IMG/VR virus record: IMGVR_UViG_3300042473_001265
Span: 276,173-340,172 of that record
Length of the DNA: 64,000 nucleotides
Strand: one strand, 5' to 3'
The translations under genes were made by a program, and so were the position numbers. The notes under the pieces were generated by a model that saw only the letters and a list, made by a program, of their open reading frames with translations, made no database searches and had not been told where the DNA came from. Below are positions 58,569-64,000 of the stretch, one piece after another (position 1 is the stretch's first letter; each line of letters opens with the position of its first letter).

Positions 58569-58687
58569 AAGTCTACAAGCACAGCAACGGTAAAACAAGT
58601 CTATTTCCTGAACACATTCCCCAGGGTTGGGTAGTTTTTCTAAATCCCAACACATTTGACATTGTATGGCGTAGGAGTGGATCATGA
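58565..58687 (+). CDS. Small hypothetical protein (40 aa, MKVYKHSNG...)
   Basis: ATGA-coupled at both ends. Confidence 0.6.
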   Translation: MKVYKHSNGKTSLFPEHIPQGWVVFLNPNTFDIVWRRSGS

Positions 58688-58926
58688 CAATTGAACAAGA
58701 ATATCTAGAAAAATACATAAATCCTCGGATTAAAAAATTGTTTGAACAGGCCAATGGACAATTTTACATTTCTCCTGGCAACCAAACTCCGCGATTCGTG
58801 TTTGAACACAACAACATGCTTGATTTTATTGACTTGATTGTGCAGGAATGTGCCCGGATTGCTGACACAGCAGAGCCCTATCAAACCAGCGATTTGATTT
58901 TGAAACACTTTGGAGTTGAATCATGA
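58684..58926 (+). CDS. Family paralogue 7, with N-terminal extension
   Basis: INPRIKKLFEQA, DLIVQEC, KHFGVES. Confidence 0.8.
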   Translation: MTIEQEYLEKYINPRIKKLFEQANGQFYISPGNQTPRFVFEHNNMLDFIDLIVQECARIADTAEPYQTSDLILKHFGVES

Positions 58927-59042
58927 CCGAAGGAGAACGAGCAGGACGCTGGGCTATGATATATCTCTATACGGCGTTGTTTGCTTTATGGTTTAATATT
59001 GTTGCCATTGCGGTTTGGCACATCCGGGAGTGGTTTTTATGA
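58923..59042 (+). CDS. Small membrane peptide (39 aa)
   Basis: ATGA-coupled at both ends; one TM. Confidence 0.55.
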   Translation: MTEGERAGRWAMIYLYTALFALWFNIVAIAVWHIREWFL

Positions 59043-59269
59043 ACGAACGAATTCGAGAACTTGCCGAACAGGCTGGAATTGAATTTACCTATGACCCAAC
59101 TGAGACTCCTATGCGAGCTTTTGTGGAATGTTGGGAAGATGAGATGGCAAAGTTCGCCCAGTTGATTGTGCAGGAATGTGGTCGAGCATTGAATCCCATG
59201 TTGCGTGACATGATCAGTCGCGGCCAGGCCGTAGACATGATTAAACAACATTTCGGAGTTGAAGAATGA
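59039..59269 (+). CDS. Family paralogue 8
   Basis: MNERIRELAEQA, AKFAQLIVQEC, QHFGVEE; start moved to 59039. Confidence 0.85.
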   Translation: MNERIRELAEQAGIEFTYDPTETPMRAFVECWEDEMAKFAQLIVQECGRALNPMLRDMISRGQAVDMIKQHFGVEE

Positions 59270-59778
59270 AATCACATTATACCTGCGGAAAATGTAACCT
59301 GTTGTTAGAAGCAGGTGACAAACATTTTTTTACTCACAGTCTTAAAAAAGTATCTAATAATAGTAATTTAACAGTTATTGGACAATGTAAAGCCTGCGCC
59401 AAACAATATGCTACAAAATGGCGTAGTGACATTAAGGCCAAAGGATTAGTTCGTAGTCAAAAGACAACAATAGCATTAGCAGGTGCAGTTACAGGAACCG
59501 TGTATGTTATCGGTACTGATAGTCCCGGAGCTCCTTATAAAATTGGAATAACTTCGGGATCAGATACTCGAAAAAGAAAAGCAGCATTACAAACAGCACA
59601 CTGGATGGATCTTAAAGAAGTTTGGAAATCAGACTTGTTGTACCGAGCAGATATTATTGAAAAAAAATTACACAAACATTTTGAAAAGAAATGGGTGAGG
59701 GGAGAATGGTTCAATATCACAAAAGACGATATTACCAATATTCCAAACTTAATAGAACATTTTGGTGTGGAAGAATGA
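59266..59778 (+). CDS. Zn-finger plus GIY-YIG (T5orf172-like) nuclease
   Basis: CGKC...CKAC; VYVIG...YKIGIT...KRKAALQT...EKKLH...RGEWF; ends EHFGVEE. Confidence 0.82.
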   Translation: MKSHYTCGKCNLLLEAGDKHFFTHSLKKVSNNSNLTVIGQCKACAKQYATKWRSDIKAKGLVRSQKTTIALAGAVTGTVYVIGTDSPGAPYKIGITSGSDTRKRKAALQTAHWMDLKEVWKSDLLYRADIIEKKLHKHFEKKWVRGEWFNITKDDITNIPNLIEHFGVEE

Positions 59779-60005
59779 GTGACTCCATCATACCCGTAAC
59801 TCAGTTTGCTACCAGCTTCACTGGCGTGCTGCCCATTGCCACTGTGGGCAAAGGTGTTGTCAAACAGGAAAGTTGGCAACAGACCACTTATCCCAATGGT
59901 GCCACGGTCACCAGGATTTATCACAACAGCATTGAAGTGTATGATAACCGTGCAGTTGTGACCCGGCACAATGAACCAAACATCATTGACATATTGATCA
60001 AGTAA
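59775..60005 (+). CDS. Hypothetical protein
   Basis: Start moved to ATG 59775 (ATGA overlap). Confidence 0.6.
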   Translation: MSDSIIPVTQFATSFTGVLPIATVGKGVVKQESWQQTTYPNGATVTRIYHNSIEVYDNRAVVTRHNEPNIIDILIK

Positions 60006-60047
60006 TATTAAAATAACACACCAGGAGAAAAGACGATTTTGCTCTGG

Positions 60048-60076
60048 TTGACCATTAATTCCCGTTCTGCTATAAT
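60048..60076 (+). promoter_or_regulatory. Sigma70-type early promoter
   Basis: TTGACC-17 nt-TATAAT. Confidence 0.9.
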
Positions 60077-60104
60077 ATACACATAAACAGCAAACGGAGC
60101 AGAC

Positions 60105-60263
60105 ATGCAGATGACACCGGAACAGAAGGCAGTAGAGATTGAGCGTTTGACAGCTGAATACGAGTGGCTGACTCTCATCAGCTGTAACGGTCGTTACGGT
60201 GGCAACATTTTTATCAAGCAGGCTGCTATTTCTGAAAAATTGCGTGAGTTAGCCAACGATTGA
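60105..60263 (+). CDS. Small hypothetical protein (52 aa)
   Basis: SD GGAG; stop TGA lies in the next -35. Confidence 0.65.
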   Translation: MQMTPEQKAVEIERLTAEYEWLTLISCNGRYGGNIFIKQAAISEKLRELAND

Positions 60264-60288
60264 CCATTAATTCCCATTCTGCTATAAT
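60260..60288 (+). promoter_or_regulatory. Sigma70-type early promoter
   Basis: TTGACC-17 nt-TATAAT; nearly identical to 60048, including the leader. Confidence 0.9.
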
Positions 60289-60318
60289 ATACACATAAAC
60301 AGCAAACAGGAGAGCCAA

Positions 60319-60534
60319 ATGAGCAAGTTTGAAGTTCGTTTTTTTCGTAGTGAAGATGCAGCATCTTCCAGCTGGCTGGTGACTGAAGTGCTGGCGGACG
60401 ACGGCGAAGGCAATCGCACCAGCGATATCCGTGCTGAATTTGACCCCACCCCTGCGGGGCAGGAACAGGCCCGCGACCTGGCTCATGCGCTGAACCGCGA
60501 AATTGAACAAGAAATCTACGCAGAATTTGGTTGA
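60319..60534 (+). CDS. Acidic hypothetical protein
   Basis: SD CAGGAG. Confidence 0.7.
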   Translation: MSKFEVRFFRSEDAASSSWLVTEVLADDGEGNRTSDIRAEFDPTPAGQEQARDLAHALNREIEQEIYAEFG

Positions 60535-60541
60535 GGCAATT

Positions 60542-60694
60542 ATGAAACCCGTGTCTTTTGTTATACAACTACCGCGTCAGCGTCGCCGAGCTGTGGAACT
60601 GTACAGCCGCGACACGCCGTTCAAATCCCGTGTTGAGCAGTCACGAACAGTGTACACTCGTCGGGTCAAACATGCCAAACAATTACAAGAGTAA
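60542..60694 (+). CDS. Small basic protein, weak ArfA-like pattern
   Basis: TPFKSRVEQSRTVYTRRVKH; start moved to 60542. Confidence 0.55.
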   Translation: MKPVSFVIQLPRQRRRAVELYSRDTPFKSRVEQSRTVYTRRVKHAKQLQE

Positions 60695-60699
60695 ACCGT

Positions 60700-60855
60700 A
60701 TGACTATTCAACATTGGGATTATTTAAAAACTGCAATGGAAGTGCTGGAGTCTGGCCAAGCCAGTGACGCCAACACCATCAAAATACTCAAGATCATGAG
60801 CGAAATCTGTGCAATGAACGCACAAAAGATGACACAGCTTCTGGTTGACCAATAA
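60700..60855 (+). CDS. Small hypothetical protein (51 aa)
   Basis: Ends VDQ* across the next -35. Confidence 0.55.
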   Translation: MTIQHWDYLKTAMEVLESGQASDANTIKILKIMSEICAMNAQKMTQLLVDQ

Positions 60856-60873
60856 TTGCCATTCTGCTATAAT
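60845..60873 (+). promoter_or_regulatory. Sigma70-type early promoter
   Basis: TTGACC-17 nt-TATAAT. Confidence 0.9.
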
Positions 60874-60903
60874 TAATACTTAAACAGCAACAAGGAGTCG
60901 AAA

Positions 60904-61377
60904 ATGGGTACACGAAGTCGAATTGGTGTCATGCACGGTGACGTTGTTAAGAGTGTTTACTGTCATTGGGATGGCTACCTGGAGCACAATGGCCGGATCC
61001 TGCAAGAGCATTATGGCTCAGATCAATCTCCTAAAGCAAATCATCTTGTAGCACTGGGCGACATCAGTAGTCTGGACAAAGAGATTGGTGAGAAGCATCC
61101 GTTCAGTCGATTTGACACTGACATGTCAGACGAAGCGTATGAGAAACTCTACGGCAACATGACCACTTTTTACGGTCGTGACCGTGGCGAAGAAGGCGTG
61201 GACTTCAAAGTGGCACACACCTTTGCTGCCTTCCTAGATCAGGTTGAGGGCTGTGGCGCAGAGTACTACTACATCATGAAGGACGGTGTGTGGTACTGTG
61301 GTAGCCCTGACAAGGGTAGTAAGCTGGTGGCTCTCTCAGAGGCCTTGGCTGCAATTGGGGAGACTGAACATGCGTAA
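60904..61377 (+). CDS. Hypothetical phage protein (MGTRS...YCHWDGY motif)
   Basis: SD AAGGAG after promoter. Confidence 0.8.
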   Translation: MGTRSRIGVMHGDVVKSVYCHWDGYLEHNGRILQEHYGSDQSPKANHLVALGDISSLDKEIGEKHPFSRFDTDMSDEAYEKLYGNMTTFYGRDRGEEGVDFKVAHTFAAFLDQVEGCGAEYYYIMKDGVWYCGSPDKGSKLVALSEALAAIGETEHA

Positions 61378-61492
61378 AATTGCGTTGGCATTGATTTTGA
61401 TCAGCGTAACTGGCTGCGGCACCATTGGCGGCGCAGTGTCCGGAGCAGGACAAGACCTTGGCCGCGCTGGCGAATACATTCGTAAAATTTAA
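61370..61492 (+). CDS. Entericidin EcnA/B-like small lipoprotein
   Basis: Signal with lipobox VTGC, then GTIGGAVSGAGQDLGRAG; start moved to 61370. Confidence 0.65.
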   Translation: MRKIALALILISVTGCGTIGGAVSGAGQDLGRAGEYIRKI

Positions 61493-61507
61493 CAATAGGA
61501 AATCATC

Positions 61508-61666
61508 ATGGGTTATTTTAGCGAACTGCACTACGACATTCAAGAGCTGTACCTTGACGGATACGAGCCGCACGAAATTGCCAGCAAATTAAAAATCAGC
61601 ATTGGCAAGATTGTGTCTGTGTTGAATGAGTTTGGTGTGCGATACGACCAACAGGATCCAGCGTGA
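61508..61666 (+). CDS. Small HTH-like protein (52 aa)
   Basis: SD AGGA; EIASKLKISIGKIVSVL. Confidence 0.55.
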   Translation: MGYFSELHYDIQELYLDGYEPHEIASKLKISIGKIVSVLNEFGVRYDQQDPA

Positions 61667-62007
61667 AAGTGGTACAAGAAACCACTGAGTGGACTCATCC
61701 CAATCATGTGTATTTCCTCAACGATGCCCGTAACAAAATGGTTGCGTATGTTCGTTGGGGTACTACACAAATACAGGAGTTCAAAAAGCCCATCAGTTTT
61801 TACACCACAGGACGCCGGTTTCGGGAAGTGCCGAATTTGTGGAATTTTGTTCCAAAAGATCTGGAAACACCGCAGGGTCGTAGTTGGACCGTAGCCGGCT
61901 CAAAAGGTGCAGAATACACTGTGACCGAGTACCAGGGCGAACAAACCTGTTCTTGCCCGGGATTCAAGTTTCGTGGCGCTTGCAAACACATCAAGGAGAC
62001 AGCATAA
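61663..62007 (+). CDS. SWIM zinc-finger protein
   Basis: CSCPGFKFRGACKH. Confidence 0.8.
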   Translation: MKVVQETTEWTHPNHVYFLNDARNKMVAYVRWGTTQIQEFKKPISFYTTGRRFREVPNLWNFVPKDLETPQGRSWTVAGSKGAEYTVTEYQGEQTCSCPGFKFRGACKHIKETA

Positions 62008-62213
62008 TGTGGACATTATTGTTAGTGACAGCAATCAACGCTGCACCTGCGCCGGTTGGAACATTTGCAACACAACAGGCCTGCCAAACCTCTGCTAAAG
62101 AATGGCAAGCGCAGGGTGTCAAGGCCGGGTGCGTTCAGCAACCATCGGCGGAAGAGGCCATGAAACAGGCCATGACCATGATGAATGCCTTTGTAAACAG
62201 CATGCCGAAATAA
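62007..62213 (+). CDS. Small secreted hypothetical protein
   Basis: Start moved to ATG 62007; hydrophobic N-terminus, two Cys. Confidence 0.6.
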   Translation: MWTLLLVTAINAAPAPVGTFATQQACQTSAKEWQAQGVKAGCVQQPSAEEAMKQAMTMMNAFVNSMPK

Positions 62214-62330
62214 CCCAGGATAATGGCAAAAGTGCCCAGAAACCCCGTGGGAATTTGTGGTCTTTGGCGATAGTACTTAAATATTTGTCCGTGAGTCGTC
62301 GACTGGCGTATTTTAAAAGGAGTCTATTAT

Positions 62331-62564
62331 ATGGACAAAGCATTAAGCGTATTCAGCAGTCTAATCACTAACATTACCGATGTGGGTATCAAGTTGATTT
62401 CTGTTGCAGTGGTACTTCAAATTCTTTTTGGCGCAGCAGTGCCATTTTTGGGTCTGGATGTAATTGCTAATATCACAAAGATTGTTGCCTCGTTGGGCAG
62501 CCAGGGTCTAGTTGGTTTAGTTGCAGTGGCAGTGTTGTACATGTCATTCACCCGAGGCAAGTGA
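62331..62564 (+). CDS. Small membrane protein
   Basis: Late motif TTAAATA at 62278, SD AAGGAG, hydrophobic helices. Confidence 0.7.
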   Translation: MDKALSVFSSLITNITDVGIKLISVAVVLQILFGAAVPFLGLDVIANITKIVASLGSQGLVGLVAVAVLYMSFTRGK

Positions 62565-62587
62565 TAGACTAGCAGTCTATAGAATAG

Positions 62588-62609
62588 AAAACCCGCCTAG
62601 GCGGGTTTT
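62588..62609. terminator. Bidirectional terminator between convergent genes
   Basis: Perfect palindrome AAAACCCGCCTAGGCGGGTTTT. Confidence 0.88.
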
Positions 62610-62618
62610 TCTTTGTTT

Positions 62619-63344
62619 TTATATTCCGTACTTTAATTGTAGTGCGTTGGAGTTTTGTTTTATTTGGTCAGCAGTCAGGGCTCGTCCGTATACCGCAGTG
62701 ACACCAATGTTGCCATACCAGAAGTTGTCAAGTCTACCTACATTTTCAGTTGAACTGCTCAGATACTGACTAAATGTTTGCCCTGCCACAGTTCCTACTG
62801 CTTGTCCGTTGAAATAAAAAGTTACTACACCGCCTGTGGTCTGTGTCACAGCAACAATCACCCAGGTGTTTGCGGGAATTGACACATTGTCGCTGAGTCC
62901 GCCAAAACTGTTTGCACTGTAATGTATTTGTAAATTATTCGAAACATCGTGGTGTATATAAGTGTTAAAGTTTCTAAGGCCAGTGTTTGTGCCAAATATC
63001 CCCCGGTAAAAATCAACTCCCGGAGTCCAAGCACTGGCATTGATTTGTATGGCTGCCATGACAGTTTTGCCAGTGTAGGTTTGATTGTACTTGTTAGAGA
63101 CAGTGGACGCATACTGTGAACCGGTGCCGTTGAGTGAGAAATAACTGGCTGGCCCAGCACTAGTCCAAGTTGGACTACCAACCAAGGTGGCTGTGTTGTT
63201 GTTGCCTGACAGATCAGTCCATGTGGTTCCAGAACCAGGATAACTGGCAACATTTCCTGGATCTAGGTACAGTAGCGCACCCGTTGAATTAAACGATGCA
63301 TCGTACACAACGGTGTTGCTGAGTTTTACGCCTTGTATAATCAT
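62619..63344 (-). CDS. Concanavalin A/LamG-like domain virion protein
   Basis: LYLDPGNVASYPGSGTTWTDLSGN, FYFNG, YGRALTADQIKQN. Confidence 0.8.
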   Translation of the reverse strand: MIIQGVKLSNTVVYDASFNSTGALLYLDPGNVASYPGSGTTWTDLSGNNNTATLVGSPTWTSAGPASYFSLNGTGSQYASTVSNKYNQTYTGKTVMAAIQINASAWTPGVDFYRGIFGTNTGLRNFNTYIHHDVSNNLQIHYSANSFGGLSDNVSIPANTWVIVAVTQTTGGVVTFYFNGQAVGTVAGQTFSQYLSSSTENVGRLDNFWYGNIGVTAVYGRALTADQIKQNSNALQLKYGI

Positions 63345-63354
63345 GGTTGATCCA

Positions 63355-64000
63355 TTAACTAATTTGTATCCAACCGTAATTCACAGTTACAGTGTTGCCG
63401 CTGGTATTGTCGATACCAAAAGAGAACACATTGGTATTGGCCACCGCAGGAGAGGCATTGCTGATAGCGCCGGCTGTGCCTATGATTTGAGCAGGGATGC
63501 TGGTAAACATCAATATGTTGCCACCGCCTGTATAGTTCCAGGCATACTGATATCCTATTGCTGGCACGTTGGTGTTGGACACACTGACCGTGGCATTGTA
63601 GACTATGATACCGTTGGGTATGTTGCCGTTGATCCATAGTTGATACGTGTTGTTGATTGGCACTGTGAAACTGTAGTTGTTGGTACCTGCAGTCACCGTC
63701 CAAGTTCCTTCGGCCCTGGTGACAACATCCACTGGTGTGTTGTTGGCATAGTTTACAGAGAATGTGTTGCCGGGTAGTGTTAGATTTCCTGTGTTGTCAA
63801 ACACAGTTGAATAACTGCCGGCAACCAGAGTAACATTTGGCTGTGTGCCCACAACATTGCCGGTGATTGAAATATTGCCTACAAAGTTGCTGGCAGTGAC
63901 GTTGCCTGTGGTGCTGATGGCATTGCTGCCAAATGCAGCCAGGAAGGTGGACACATTGGCATTGCCATAACTTGCGGCTATGCCAGTTAACTGGCTACCA
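63355..64000 (-). CDS. Tail-fibre-like protein, 5' end beyond window
   Basis: Frame stays open to the window edge; GNVTASNFVGN and FDNTGNLTLPG motifs. Confidence 0.7.
   Translation of the reverse strand, partial: GSQLTGIAASYGNANVSTFLAAFGSNAISTTGNVTASNFVGNISITGNVVGTQPNVTLVAGSYSTVFDNTGNLTLPGNTFSVNYANNTPVDVVTRAEGTWTVTAGTNNYSFTVPINNTYQLWINGNIPNGIIVYNATVSVSNTNVPAIGYQYAWNYTGGGNILMFTSIPAQIIGTAGAISNASPAVANTNVFSFGIDNTSGNTVTVNYGWIQIS

Noticed and set aside
58565-58687. Suspected frameshift in the 40-aa ORF
   Set aside because: On re-reading the frame is intact through to the ATGA overlap.
10281-59269. Diversity-generating retroelement, suggested by the Mtd-like domain and the variable array
   Set aside because: No reverse transcriptase and no template/variable repeat pair differing only at adenines seen; array variation involves indels.
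59266-59778. Classification as a mobile element
   Set aside because: No intron or terminal repeats; homing is unproven, so it is kept as a CDS.
60610-60640. tRNA T-arm-like GTTCAAATCC
   Set aside because: Inside a coding region; no cloverleaf or acceptor stem.
62290-62312. ZTP-riboswitch-like GTCGTCGACTGGCG
   Set aside because: No P2 hairpin or 3' pseudoknot partner before the start codon.
41-64000. Stop-codon reassignment
   Set aside because: Known genes are full length in the standard code and end with TAG, TGA and TAA at sensible places.

Overview
This 64 kb window looks like part of a large T4-like/jumbo myophage genome, not a cellular chromosome. Genes are dense and mostly on the + strand in the standard code. 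It carries T4-type late promoters (xxTAAATA), many sigma70-type early promoters (TTGAC[C/T/A]-17 nt-TATAAT), a PAAR protein, tail-fibre-like proteins, nrdA/nrdB/glutaredoxin, an ATP-dependent DNA ligase and a PD-(D/E)xK exonuclease. Host-type auxiliary genes include cspA, iscU, iscA, pstS, a fatty-acid desaturase, clpX, clpS, two clpP, hsp20, a UV-damage endonuclease and a RelA/SpoT-type HD hydrolase; their proteobacterial character suggests a proteobacterial host (inference). A glycan/small-molecule modification cluster lies at about 37-44 kb. The most unusual structures are: (i) eight short paralogues at 56-59 kb with three constant blocks, two hypervariable loops and a shared gene-junction sequence, among which a GIY-YIG-type nuclease carries the same tail; (ii) promoter-ORF cassettes whose stop codons sit in or next to the following promoter's -35 box; (iii) promoters embedded in hairpins, including a duplicated terminator-promoter element flanking an FkbM methyltransferase; (iv) a nucleotidyltransferase/ligase-like fusion and other enzymes with head-protease-type N-terminal leaders. 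No tRNA, rRNA, CRISPR array, intron or intein was recognised. All product calls come from motifs read by eye; no database search was run.
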